A DNA stretch of 64,000 nucleotides from positions 67,228 through 131,227 of the forward strand of contig RDEW01000008.1 in NCBI GenBank assembly GCA_011109175.1, in the 5' to 3' direction. A program made the position numbers and the translations under genes. The stretch's first letter is position 1; each line of letters opens with the position of its first letter. This stretch comes from Dicyema japonicum. Lineage: Eukaryota; Animalia; Dicyemida. The notes beneath the pieces are model-generated. The model worked only from the letters and a program-made list of their open reading frames with translations. It ran no database searches and was not told the origin of the DNA. Below are positions 1 through 12,942 of the stretch, piece after piece.

Positions 1-361
1 TGTTGAACATCTTGTTGCCATGGGCATAAAGGGAGGACCTCGAAGGACGAATAAAAGTTCCTAAATCTAACCATCTGATTGAGGGTACTCAGTTCGAAGA
101 AGATATGAAGATTAAATGAGGAAAATGGAGGTGTTGAACATTGAAATATTTTAAATTTTTTATTAAATAAAAAATTAATTAATAAATAATAATTTAGTAA
201 AAAAAGAATTTTTAAATGGTGGAACCAGAACAGCTTGAAAAACGTTTTGCCAGACTTCTTTACCTTAAGACATTCAAATGTTTACAAAACCTTTCAGTAT
301 TCGAGCAACCCAAGTATATTTTCTAAGAATATATATTAACAGGTAAGAAGTGCTGGGAAAA

Positions 362-446
362 GGGCTCAAATCTTGTTGTTCACATACCGACTGAAGGTTC
401 CACGCATCTACGATGCTTTGGCTGACGTGTGACGCCATCATCAGTG
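362..446 (+). mobile_element. Diverged SINE core fragment (same core as the 52252 SINE, different 3' flank)
   Basis: GAAGGTTCCACGCATCTACGATGC...GTGACGCCATCATCAGTG matches the SINE core at about 52334-52390; preceded by a degenerate B-box-like GGGCTCAAATC. Confidence 0.7.
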
Positions 447-1216
447 AACACCTAACAATAATGGGGAGGATGAATTTTACTCCAAGCACCATGGTGAGTT
501 TCATCAGATAGTCGATTGAGAGGTTGAATTAATCCTTTAAATGTGTAGAAAAAATTAAAAAGCACTCCCGAGAAAACATAAAATTAGTTAAGTTTCCCTT
601 GTGCCGTATTCCGAATCATCCTCTCCGTCAGCTCCGACCATGATCTTCCGTTGCTCATTTGTTTTCTAGGTAGTCCATGTGTCCGCCATTTCCATAATAA
701 TGTCAGATGCTGCCCACACTATTGCAACACAGCGAATCAGATCCTGATGGACTGAAAATCCGAAACCATAATGTCGACAGACCAGTGGAGGGTAGATAGG
801 TGGAATCTGCCAAACAGTTCTGTTGATTGTACGGTCGTTTTTGTCTCTTGCAACAGCAGATAAAGATGTCATATTTTATTATATCGCATGCCAGTTGGTG
901 TTTCTGTAAGGTAGTTTAAGTCCTCTGCAATTACAAGATCCCAGAGTGAACGAAGTCGGTAAGGAATACGATTAAGACATAATGCAATAGAGGCGTCGTC
1001 ACCACTTCAACCAAAAATAAATGTGTAGAGAAAATAAAGCATATAATTCGTTAGTAAATAAGACTCACGGATGTCGGTTATTTCTTTAGTGATGTCTCAA
1101 ATCTCCAATATTACAAAATTTCTTAATTTGACGATTAAATAATGAAATACTAATTTAGTAAAATAAATGTACGTTTTAAAGTTGTTAATAATTACTATTT
1201 CGTGAATTTTAACAAA

Positions 1217-1890
1217 ATGCCTGAAAGTAAAACAGTTCTTTCTAGAAAAGAAAAGACTTTAATGAAAAAGCAAGAAACTCTAAGGAGAAAACAGAGACAT
1301 TGGAGAACAAGGAGAACGAGAAACTAGAAAAACTCCGACTAAGTCTGGCTCAGCAGGAATATGAAGAAATAGCTACTTTGAAGAAGAAATATTTGGAATC
1401 TGAATTGGAAAAGATTAGAGACTCCATGATGTTCAGGAGCCCTTACGTCCCCATCAATACCGAACCATACGTCCCCAAATATAAAAGGCTGGAGGATGTT
1501 GATATCGAAAAGGAACTCATAGACTCGAATACCATTCGTAAGAGCAATTCGAAGACCATAAAGAAACTATACGACACTATAAAGAGAAAGGTGAAACCAG
1601 GCAAGCCATCGAGTTTTGACGCCATGACGATGATTGCTACTCTTAAAAAAAACAAGAAGAAAAAAGACGAAACTGAAATTGAAAATCAAAAAGAAATGCC
1701 CATTGAAGAGCCCCTTGAATTCCTCTTGAAGAGATTATTGATCTGCCTTATGAAGAGTCTCATGATGAGCTTCGTGAAGTGTTTCTAACCACTGAGAAGG
1801 CTCCGTCGGAAGAAATTGACTTTGAGGGAGTGGAAGACAAAATTTACTTTTGGAAGTACTTTGGAGCCATTTCAAAATACTCCGGCTAGT
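1217..1890 (+). CDS. Intronless Lys/Glu-rich orphan ORF, probably frameshifted (MPESKTVLSRKEK...)
   Basis: ATG at 1217 follows an AT-rich tract. Joining it to the 162-aa ORF at 1300-1788 and to the acidic continuation (EEIIDLPYEESHDEL...KIYFWKYFG) needs single-base corrections. No family recognised. Confidence 0.45.
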
Positions 1891-1963
1891 ACCCCTTTCA
1901 TTCTACCCTTGGATGGCAAACATTTAGAACAGGGAGTATTTCAGGTACATTCCATGTTAATAG

Positions 1964-2458
1964 GAGACCGTTGGATATACGCAGAGTAGATTCTCAAACT
2001 TCGATTCACTGACGACAACTTTCGTTAGAACTACACGGAAAGTGGAAAATCTTAGAAAAACGAATATTCCTAATATGGCTATTTTCTTGGCCATTATTGG
2101 TATGCTGAATATTGACATTTTAGGATTGCTCGGAATCATCCTATTCCCACTCGCATACTACGAGTGGACAGGCACCAAAGGGGCTGCTAAGGAGGTTCTG
2201 ATAAAATTCCAGGACAAACAAGTCCACGCGAAATACACGACTAGTCCAGCTGCCGGGTGGTACGAATACCAGGACAAACAGAATCAAAGTAAATACATTA
2301 TTGGGGAAGACATCCGAGGACTTGGAAAGTACGGCCCATCAAGATATCTCATCAAAACTAAGGAAGCGGGGGACATTATGTACGAACTATACGAACAGTC
2401 CCATGGAAAGGATCACTACATATTCGATCAATACGTGGAAATCAGATTTATCCGTTAA
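1964..2458 (+). CDS. Orphan ORF with a hydrophobic segment (MAIFLAIIGMLNIDILGLLGIILFPLAYY); possibly the C-terminal part of the upstream ORF
   Basis: Frame is open from 1964 to the stop at 2458, with ATG at 2075; contains an internal (F/Y)QDKQ repeat; no introns. Confidence 0.5.
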   Translation, partial: ETVGYTQSRFSNFDSLTTTFVRTTRKVENLRKTNIPNMAIFLAIIGMLNIDILGLLGIILFPLAYYEWTGTKGAAKEVLIKFQDKQVHAKYTTSPAAGWYEYQDKQNQSKYIIGEDIRGLGKYGPSRYLIKTKEAGDIMYELYEQSHGKDHYIFDQYVEIRFIR

Positions 2459-3499
2459 ATTAGTCGACATTACTTTTTACCGATAAATTGGTTATTTTAC
2501 TTCCACGTGGTCATAAATCTAAGACATAACAAGGTACCCTATGGGTGTCATGTCACTGACAATACTTAGTGGGTTCGACTCCCCTAATGGCTAATTGATC
2601 GAAGATTTCTCCTTGTTTTCTACAACCCTCTTCCTCCATTCTATTATGGTAGTGTAAGATGGCGAGCTTTGTTTTTTGGTCGTAAACCGATGCTTGACTC
2701 TCCACCCCCGTCTATGAAGCCATCATAAGCTACTCTTGGAATGGAACTGCATCGTTCCCCCTTTAGGTGTGTCGAAATGCAATCAAATACGGACTCTTGG
2801 ATCACTCACCTTGAACACTCTTGCTTTGGCCCCGCTCACTCTGAAGAGTTATGGGAGTGGTCAGGATGCGCAACTAGGAGATTGAAGGTCGCTGGCTTCC
2901 TAAAGGTCTGTGAAGCTTATCTAAGTAACTACTCCATGGGGACTACTCCATAGTGTACATAGTCATCGAGCAAGTTATATCCCCGATGATAATCCTCCCC
3001 CTCTGGTTCAAGAGAATTTGTCTTCTAATAATGGCTATGTTAGGCATCGAGTACACACATTCCTGACTCGATCGAGTTCCACGTGGTGAATTGAGGATGT
3101 CAAGATTATGAGAACTTTAATGTCTACATTATGTCATGGGGATGAAACTCATCTTATTCTCCTTTTTCCATGGGGGTGAAACTCATCTGTCGATTGTTTC
3201 TCCTTATCTCACAATCAAGAGGATGTCTCCAGAACTAGCAAATGTCATTTCCACAGACTTTCTACACTCTTTGCAATAGCTGTCACCTACCACCTCAATT
3301 TTCGATAATTAACCACTCGCTAACTGGTTTCTCCCCATTAATGATCTACTTAACTAAATGAAAGAGTTTGTTGAGTAACCTCAGCCTCACTAAATTTTAG
3401 AAGACCACGGCTATTAGTAGGCTGAAGCATATGCCGGTCACTCCAGTAGATCGGCAAACTTTGGCATGGTAGACGGACAGTGTACTAGTTCAAGACATT

Positions 3500-3670
3500 C
3501 CAGAACTCGTGCGGGGAGATGAGGCCGATTCCAGAAGTCGTTGCTGGGTAAAGAAATTGTCTCTATGTAGAATGAATAGTTAAATCCTTTCGAATTCCAG
3601 CCATGCATTGAGCGTCTCCTGAGTAGAGTGGATCCAATGACGCCATCAAAGAGAAGGAAAAGAAATTTTC
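3500..3670 (-). mobile_element. Decayed LTR-retrotransposon gag-like remnant (related copies at 7110-7260 + and 29090-29230 -)
   Basis: Three dispersed copies share GGCGTCAT...GAGTTCTGG and encode a degenerate GVIGSTL..A..W....EFW pattern; a possible zinc-knuckle remnant lies near 7640-7720. Confidence 0.4.
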
Positions 3671-4499
3671 AAACAATTATCCACATAGCACCGCATGACG
3701 CCACAGCGTCTGGAATGGCTATGAATGATTTGTTGCTAATGTCTTCGCCATGTCTCAGGTATCCAGCACCCAATCAAAGACGTCAGACATGTCTTTACTG
3801 AAGTGACAACCACTCACAAAACTCAAGTCTCTCGTGATTCTTAACTAGATTATTCAAAAAATCATTTTCAATGAATCTAAAATTATTGATTTGTTGATTT
3901 TTGATCGGGGACAACCGTAGGTACTCTTGGTCTGGCTAGATCTCCACCAGTTTGTTCTATCAACATCAAGCCACTTTTGTCAACAAAGATTTCTGTATGG
4001 AATGGTCACAGGCGATGACAACCAAGAAACATAGCAAATGAAGAGATGCATCTCTGAAGGGCTATCAACTGCGTTTAACGGGACTGTAACTCCATGATCC
4101 ACCTCGAAGTACTTGAGATCCAAACAGTAACCCCAGACCTCTACAACTGACAAATTTGGCGGGTCAAAGATTCAATTTAAAAAAGCCGTTAAACCTAAGC
4201 ATCATGGTGTTCTTTGAACATACACGTTTTTACCACGCGAGTAAGGCCACGTGGGTAATCTTCTTAGCGTTAAAGCTTTTTAGCTTAGATATGTGTTTAA
4301 ATTCAGTTATTAAGTAAATGTCTCCACCACGTGAATAAAATTTTCTCGGTGTTCCCGAATAGTAAAATGCTAGAAGATTTTTGCAGGGTCACTCATTGGA
4401 CGTCTGGTTGAGCGCAGACCGTTGGAATTAAGAACTATCCTACTGGACTGTTATTTGGCATCACAATTAGGTATCCCCTACTTTCAGTTGAGGTAGGTT

Positions 4500-4770
4500 T
4501 ACATGGAAAACAAAAATAGAGTTAGCAGCTCTGATTGCATAGTCAAGATAGTACGAGGAAGCAAATAGCCAGCAACATTGCAGAGGTCAATTGATCGAGC
4601 TGAGATAAGATTTCCTAGTTGTTTGAGAGATTTCCCGAGAGCTCCATGGTTTCCATGGCAATAGGAACAAACGTCATTGGTGAGATCAGCATATTTCCGG
4701 TACTTAAATATTTCGGCCTTTTCAGGGCTGAATACGACTCTGAAGATAGTTGAGCCAACTGAACACTCAT
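4500..4770 (-). mobile_element. CRE-type retrotransposon 3' (RLE) fragment
   Basis: Translation EKAEIFKYRKYADL...LKQLGNLISARS resembles the post-PD-(D/E)xK tail of the neighbouring element. Confidence 0.6.
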
Positions 4771-4789
4771 ACGATGAATGGTTGAACAT

Positions 4790-6970
4790 CCTGGTCGCCA
4801 GTGGACGAACAGATCCCTACTTGCTCTAGAGAATTACCTAGTCTGATTATTTCTGAGGGGGACGTGAAAGATGCGATCCTCTCATTCGCCCCAAGCAGCA
4901 GTGGGGACTTGACGGACTCCGTCCAGGACACCTAAAAGACTTAATTGATCAGAATACGGGGAACTCTGGTGTTCGGCTATTATCGGCTATAACGAGGTTA
5001 ATCAACAGAATGCTTTCCGGAAGATTACCAGAAGCAATCCGTCATATTATGTTTTCCGCCAAGTTAATTGCCTTTGATAAATGTGGAGGAGGAATTCGTC
5101 CTATTGCTGTTGGGTTTGTTTTTCGTCGATTGGCTTCTAAACTTGCTAGCAGAGCAATCCTTCCGATGCTTGTCAAACAACTGCGACCAACCCAAGTAGG
5201 GGTCGGTACTCCTGGTGGATGTGAGGCGGCGGTTCATGCCGTTCGGATGTTTACTGGAAACAGAACGAACATGCCTTGTGTGGTCCTCAAGATTGACATA
5301 AAAAACGCCTTCAATACCATACGGCGCGATGTAATTTTGGAAGATTGTCTTACCCATTACCCGTCTATATATAATTATGTTCATTGTTCGTATGGAAAAC
5401 CGTCCAGTCTTGTACATGGGAAATACTTCATTCCCTCGTCGTGTGGGTTCAACAAGGAGACCCACTAGGACCGGCATTGTTCTGCCTCGGTGTCGACCGT
5501 GTCATGAGATGCCTTACTACTCCGCTGAACGTGTGGTATTTGGATGATTGCACCCTGGGAGGTCATCCTAACAATGTATATGACTGTCTACAGAGATTAC
5601 TAACCAATTGGATACGCTTGGTTTAAAGCTAAACGCATCCAAATGCGAAATTGTTAATTATGGATTCTCCCGATATGAATGGAATCGGATCCTATTAATG
5701 TTTCGGGGGATTATTCCTAAAATATCGGAAATCGAGCCGGATCATTTGGAAATACTTGGATGCCCTCTGGCTGAAACTGGAATTAACGACACTCTGTTGG
5801 CTAAAGAACAGCAACTAAGAAAAACTTTTTTACGCCTTGGGATGCTGGATGCACATACCTCTCTTTTTCTCATGAAAAACGCTTTATCCACGCAGAAATT
5901 AAATTACGTCCTTCGAGGAGCTCCATGTTACCTGAAAATGCAACAACTCGGGACGATTGACTCCCTATTCCGGTCTACGACCGAACGTATTACTAATGTC
6001 GAATTCGACGAACAAGGATGGGAACAAGCAACCTTGCCCGTTCGCTTTGGTGGACTCGGAATTCTCTCACCATCTGATTTAGCACACCCGGCATATCAAT
6101 CCTCATTGGACTCCAATCAGAATTTGATCATGATGATTCTCCAGCTCCAATCAGAGTCGTCAAAGATCGAAAATTTGGTACACCCTAAAGTCAAACAACC
6201 CGGGCAAAGACACCTTTATGAGTAGGATAAATACGAGAGGCTTTTGAAAATATCTGACCAACACCGACGAGCCTGTCTTTTAACTGCAAGATGCGAGTGG
6301 AGCGGGGCTTGGATCAATGCCCTACCATTGGAAACGTGGGAACTCACCTAGACGATGAAACGGTCCGCACCGGAGTCTCCATCAGACTTGGATTGAAAGT
6401 TTGTCAACCCCATGAGTGCCGATGCGGCCGGAAGGTCGACTGCTATGGACATCATGCCCTTTCTTGTCGAAAAAGCGCAGGTCGATTCGCTAGACACAAG
6501 GCTATAAATGAAGTGGTGAAGCGCGCCCTCGAGTTGGCGGGATACCCATCCATTCTAGAGCCAACGGGCTTGAGTAGGGATGATGGGAAGCGACCCGATG
6601 GAATTACTGTCTTCCCCTTCTCTCGGGGCAAATGCTTAATTTGGGATGCTGCCTGTACTGACAGCTTTTCCCAGTCGAAACTTTTGAGGTCGGCAATGAA
6701 AGCGGGAGAGGCCGCCCGTTTATATGAAAACTCAAAAATAAAAAAATACAGCAGCCTCCTAAACCGTTTCCATGTACAGCCAGTGGTCATCTAGACAAGC
6801 GGAGTCTTTGGCCCCAAGACGGTCTCTTTCCTTAGAGCACTTGGATGTCTATTGACCAAATCCTAGAGGGAGCGTCGGGAAACCGAGTGGCTTTTCCAAG
6901 GGATATCCTGGCAGTAGTCAGAGGTAACAGCCACTCGATCATATCCGCTGGACTCAGTAAATGTTCCCTA
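4790..6970 (+). mobile_element. Non-LTR retrotransposon, CRE-like clade (RT, CCHC, restriction-like endonuclease), 5'-truncated and frameshifted
   Basis: RT motifs KIDIKNAFNTI, QQGDPLGP, WYLDD; zinc knuckle CRCG...HALSC...RH; endonuclease KRPDG...WDAACTD. Split over four ORFs, with an in-frame TAG at about 6792. Confidence 0.9.
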
Positions 6971-8337
6971 ATAATAAAATGAATACCCAAAAAAAGGACT
7001 AATCCTTGTTAAGAGATCACCAACGTTGTTTGATCCCTAACCTTTATTTGATCCAATAATCTCATTTTTGTTTACTCAGAGATCAGTCCATCGTGATTTC
7101 TAGCACCGTTTTATGCATTGGCTTCTGGCGTCATCTGATCAATCTTATTTTAGAGACGCTTAATGCATGGCATGCATTCAAAAGATCCATCTCTTCATTT
7201 CACCGACTATTTTGCCCCCGCCTATGAGTTCTGGCTTCGACCCCAGCTTATCCTTTGGATCACTCTGTTTAGATGGAGGCTCTATTGGAACACATCAGGA
7301 TCACTAGATTAGTTAGTTCGGCTTTACCCCGGTCTTTGGAATTTTTTCATGTTATTTAAAATTATAGAGTTTAGATCTCTTCTGACAAGTGGACGAGGAC
7401 AAAGTCTCTCTAGAGAACAGATAATAATCGTCTCTAATACGAATATTTTTAGATGTCCTTCTCGTTTTTAAATTTTTCATGTGTTTTTTTAACTCAGAAA
7501 CCAGAATAATGTAAAAATAATCTTTGCGGATCACTCAGAAATTAGAGACCACGAAGGCAGGTCCCCACTTCAGAATAAGGTATAAATAATATTGGTTGAT
7601 CCTAATCACGGACCTCACCAATTTTTAAGAGACCAGAAACTAGAATGCGGTAAATGCTGGTAGCTCGCATAGACCGGTCACTCTCGACGTGGTGGATTGA
7701 CAAGTTCTGGACATTTAAGGTGTACTTGATGTCGACTAGGAGAGGTTCAAAAAAACAGAGGACATCTTTCACATCGTCTAGTAGAAAAACCAGGTTTACC
7801 AGCATACTTCCTGGAAGAGAAGATTCAGAATGGCAGATTGGGGCACTAAAAATTAATCTGTTATTGAATTGGGAGTGACGCTATTGGTCGGTAAACCCTA
7901 TATCTTAACCTCGTGGAGGTGCTTCTCTATCAACAGGAGGAGTTGATAAATTGGGTTTCCGTAAGTCATACCTTCTATGTGTGACGGGGAAGTCTGCTTT
8001 TTTATGAAAGCTTAATCCCTTCCTGTCGACCGTTCTACCACATCGACAAGGACGTTCTGGACAAACATCTCGCCTAAGTCGCTACAAACAATTCCTTCTG
8101 AGACACTTCTATTCTAAAGATGGGTCACTAAACAGTGTACGGGAATACCGCTCGACCTCGACTCAGAGTTAATGTTGAGAAACTTCTCGAGTCATTCCAG
8201 AACGCTCTCCCGCTAAAATCGTCTCACATAACCATCTTATTTCTTTGTGCCCATCTCTAATCATATTAAATCTAATAATCCACAACAAGCTTACAAACTC
8301 CTTAACTAATAATCCACAAATTAAAACATTAAAATAA

Positions 8338-9544
8338 CTAAGAATCATCAAACTCCACTTCTCCGTGAACCCTGATTCTATACAAACAGGTATATCTGTC
8401 ATTCCCATAATTACTAGTAAACTCAAACTTGAGAATACTCGTCGTTATTGGTTTCTTACAATAATGCAACAGGTACCTCCACCTCGAAGAACTGAATAGT
8501 CGGGAACTTATCGTCCACCAAATACTCGTACTCACCAACCAAATCAGGAAGACTGTCTACCTCCGATATCATAGAAAACACGGAAAACGTCCTCGGGGCT
8601 GATTTCTGGTCCATGGAAGAAACCAGGCGACTGTGCGCGTGCTCATAGCTTAATCCAGTCACTGTGATCGACCCCCTGAGTCTGATTATCACAAAGCCAG
8701 AGGTCCCATTCATGGCCCAACAACTCCAGGCCAATTGCCAGGCTAAAATCAATAACCAGTCAAACTGTGATGATGCCACGTGGGTCAGAATATCTCTTAT
8801 TTGATAGAAACCCCATAAACGAATATGCCTCATAGTAACCCTCGAACGACGGGGAGTTCGATAAAATCACTCCACCACCCGTTACTACTGCGAAATCGGC
8901 TCTCCCTGTTTTGTCTCCGTCATATTTGGCTATGGCAGCCTCAATTTTATCGTCGATGTACTGAAGTGGAGTGAAAATATTACTTTTGAGTATATTTTGT
9001 TCGACGGGAGAGGCCAAACTGACCACATCTGCGTTCTTTTCGACCTTTTTTAGTCTGTCCTCGAACATTTGGCTGGTTGATCGACAGACCTGGTTCTGTC
9101 TGTTTAATTCCGCAATCTGACGTTTCAGGTCGTAGATTTCACCGAAGAGTTCCATAATCCGACTCTCATTACTGATCTTAACTTTGGAGACCACATAATG
9201 ATCCACCAACTGACTGAATGAGTTAAATTTGATGAAGTTTTCCCCAAAGTAGACTTGAGATGAGTATACGACTCCGGCAATGGCCAGGATGACAAATGCC
9301 AGAAGCCAGAAAGTCGAGGACTTAAATTTATTCCTGATTTGAACATTAAAGAGTACAAGAAATTGAGGAAGGACAGTCTACTTAGTGAGCCGTCGAGTTC
9401 TCGGACATAGTAGGAGTCGGAAACTGAGTACCTTGACATGTTTGGCTTAGGACAGTTCGGTTTGTATCTGTTCACATACGAAAGACTGACATTAATAAAC
9501 AAACTACCTTTCAGAGTATGTATAATTTGTTTTGTTAGGATCAT
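8338..9544 (-). CDS. SUN-domain nuclear envelope protein (TM segment, coiled coil, SUN domain)
   Basis: TM FWLLAFVILAIAGVVY; SUN motifs D.A...GG, PGSCWAM, YEH, SAPRTFSV and C-terminal YTCLYRIRVHG. GT-AG introns of 22-23 nt (8455-8476, 8743-8765). One 1-nt deletion needed near 8726; the start codon is uncertain. Confidence 0.88.
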
Positions 9545-9974
9545 TAACAACTTTTTGCATTAATTAGCTTTTATTTATTTATTTTTTTTAAAATATTTTT
9601 ACTTTTTAGTAAATTAATATTTTAATTAAATTAATCATGACCTTCATATATTCGATAATAAAATATTAAAACTCTACATTTATTAAAATGAAATAATTTA
9701 CGGTAGTATAGCGATAACGGCTAATTACGTTGATAAACCGTCGTCACGTGGTATGATAATTTGTCTATGTTGTTTATGAAATCATGATCAATAAATCTAC
9801 TATCTTTGCGATGATTACTGTAATTGATTTAATAATTGTATGGCATGTCTGATTGGCTTGTTATCTTGGTTGATAATTCTTTTAGCTGACCAGACTTGTC
9901 TCCAAAAAGAAGTATTTATTCTCTACTTTACTTAAGCTTCCCCACGACACTAATTTTTTAATTTTTTCCACCAT

Positions 9975-11016
9975 ATGAGTGAATCAAGCAAAAGAGGTAG
10001 AATTGCTTCTTACAAGAATTCGTGAAGAGTACAAGTTAATACAGCAGGTCCCCGATTTAGTACGCCAAATTTTCAAATACACAAAAAACCGAGGGATGCT
10101 CCAATGAACTGATCTCTGAATCAACTCTATTTACCCCCAAACTCCCTTCAAGTGAAAGAAACCGGTACCTTGAGAAACCGAAAGCTAACTCGTCCAGCGC
10201 AGAAACTCGTCTTATGACCGTCTTGAAAAAAGTAGCGGCAAGAGTTCTATTAAGATGGCTGATATGTGCATTCACTGTTTATAATTATTGAAATCCTTCC
10301 CACGTCATAACCACCGGGATGATTTTCTATTTGGAAGTCATAAAGGATCGAGACTCTCCCCAAGATGGTCGTATATTCTGAATCTGTCTACCTCAACTCG
10401 TCTGACGCGATCCAACTCCAACAAGGCAATTTCATCCTTCATTTTTTCGTGTATAAAAATATCTAGTTATTGGCTTGAATTTCGTTTTCAACGATTTTGG
10501 GTGGATATTGTGGACTCACTGATATGACTTTAGTCTCTTGACTTCCTGAGTCCATACTTCAAAATGGACATATCTTACGACCTCATCATATCTTCTAAAG
10601 TAATCACTGTCTAACATTTACCACATCTAGCGGTCAAGTGGTCAACAGAGAAGCTCAGAACCGAAGAAAACGGGCAGATAAAGCCGCAAAAAACGGTGAT
10701 ACGGGGCAGAATGACTATAGCAAAGACCCACTTAAAAGTTGAAGACTTCCAATTTTCAGGAATTAGAAATCTTAATGAGTTTTCGTCGTTATTGGTTGAC
10801 CATACCCCCTTCAATACCCTACTCAGAAGAATAACGCATTCTCACGTAACCTCCCTCAATACCGCGGGATTTAATCCTGACCTGTTTTTTTTCATTCACG
10901 TATTAAGTCCACCTGGTAGCTTCCATCTTTTTGAGGAACTCCTATACAAACAAGTCGTTTTTTCTGAGCCTAGAATACGCTTGCGGATTCTCCCGCTCTC
11001 AATCAGCGCAGAGTGA
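9975..11016 (+). CDS. Putative uncharacterised gene divergent from SUN (structure unresolved)
   Basis: Coding-like composition after an AT-rich tract, with open stretches SNELISES...VLLRWLICAFT and ORF 10696-11016; I could not build a clean spliced model. Confidence 0.25.
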
Positions 11017-12173
11017 GTGGAAGTGATACAGACTCGATACCTCACAGTCTTATTGAGATTTCTGAAACGAAGACTCAGTTCACTGTTACAGAAAACACTA
11101 ACGTCATTTGACTTATCAGCCTTGTGTGTTCTGGTGGCACCTTGACCTCAGCTAATGCATCTCAAAAGAATTATTCACCGGGGTAATCTCCCTTCTTAGG
11201 AAATGTTCAGTGCGGAAAAAGGAACATTTAGATGTTGCAACCCGACTTTAAAAAATCGAGGGAGACCGAGTAAGGTCAAATTGTTGATCCAGAAATCTGG
11301 AGATTCTTCGAAAAAAAGCGGATAACTGGGTGAGTGGGAAAAGCATAACTGGCGTAATCAGAGGAACAATTGTAACGTGGATATCTACTCCCAATTCAAA
11401 TTGTCTATCTACCTGTTATGTAGCATACCCACAGTGTCCTCCCACGCCATCACATAAAGAATAGCTTTTCGTCGATCCTACTCTGTTGATTCTATGCAGA
11501 GAATTTCCAGGTTTTCGGGAGTTAGCATATAAGCTGTAATGGTTATGACCCCCAATAAAAATAAGAATGAATAATTCTCGACCATTGGAGTGATGTCACT
11601 CATCAGTGTTTCACACATATCACTGACTACACTAACAATCCAACAAGTTCATGTACATCACTCATATAGATTTCTAAGATTATATCTTTTATCCCCTTGT
11701 ACTTGGCCTCCAGCAATGACCACGTGATAATAAGGGTCCCGAAGTCTTTTTAACTAGTGATTGAGCACATTGAACATACTTCCACTGATGATCACCCATC
11801 CACATGTGTAAAGTAATGTTGCCACCACAGATGAGTATCCCCAGATATACAGGTAGAGGTTGAGTTAATTAGCAAATAATTAAAGGACGTGGAGTTCCCA
11901 GCATCACGTCCATGCATGTTCTGAGAACCCCCCCCCCCCCACTGAAGTAGTAAAGAAAGGGATTTTTAGATGCCGGCAAGAGATTGTAGGTCCCCTGAGA
12001 TAGGTGGATTCCACGAAACCTCCAAGGAGCTGAAGAGGACAGAAACCAAACAAGCGAAGAGAGGATTCGAGCGACACCACTAAGCTATCCTAGTGGACAC
12101 AACAACCCGAATTTTGTACTAAAAGAACGACAAAATGTCACAAATAGCGTAAAAACAAAAAGTTTAGTAAAAA

Positions 12174-12942
12174 TCACTTTCCAGTCAATTCCCTTTCCTT
12201 CAATTTGAACACCTCCAATCCAATTTCTTCGTATTTTTTATTAAGGGAGTGAATCTATAATAATCAAGTCACAAACGCTTTCTCTCGCCTGCTTCAGTAG
12301 ATCCTCACTCTCCCCTTTACTAGACCGATCTTTTCCATGCCTTCATTCCTTACCTGCCTCATTTCCACCTTGGATTTCTCATAGAGGGCCTTTGCCGACT
12401 TTACTAATTGCAGACGTCTCTCAGTGGTAATCTTTGGGATAGGTATATAAATCCGTTCGTCCTCTTCCTGGGGATTAATGCAGAAGCCAGAGTTTGTTAG
12501 GGCCTTCAAGGCTGATTTTAAATACAACGATAATTCAAATTACAACTTCTTTGGCGGAGAAATCGATGACCAACAGATTTGCTGATTTTCCGTAAATTCT
12601 GGCGACTTCCCCCAATTTGATGGGCTGACCTTCCTCCTCGGACACAACAAGGTCCACGAAATTTGCTTAAATGAGGACCAAATGTAACCAGGGATGTATC
12701 CCAGGCTTAGTTGTCGGGTGTATTTGAGTTTCAGTGAGGAAATACAGTTAGAAAAACTGTCTTCTAGTTCCTCGTAGTCCACAATGTGCGAGGTCTCCAT
12801 AGAAAATGTGACTTTTCCTGAAATTATTAAAGTTTAAACCAATTTTGGGTTTTTTACCCTTTTTGCTAAGGTAGAGACGATTATTCAGCAAGAATGAATA
12901 TTTTAGAAAATTTGGCCCACCAAAAGCAAATCTAGAAAGCAT
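12174..12942 (-). CDS. MRRF: Mitochondrial ribosome recycling factor
   Basis: Basic N-terminal presequence-like stretch; ALKALTNSGFCINP...IYIPIPKITTERRLQLVKSAK...RQVRNEGM and terminal KERELTGK match the RRF pattern. Three canonical 22-23 nt introns, one intron with a TG acceptor (3' end at 12525), and a 1-nt deletion in the G-run at 12312-12315. Confidence 0.9.

Noticed and set aside
2540-2590. B-box-like GGGTTCGACTCCCC suggesting a tRNA
   Set aside because: No A box and no cloverleaf could be folded.
5064-5477. Minus-strand ORFs overlapping the CRE element (also 6452-6790), and similar shadow ORFs over RTE and Jockey copies
   Set aside because: Antisense shadows of the retroelement coding frame.
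6790-6870. In-frame TAG codons suggesting stop-codon reassignment
   Set aside because: They are confined to decayed TEs; the host genes read through with the standard code and end at TAG, TGA or TAA.
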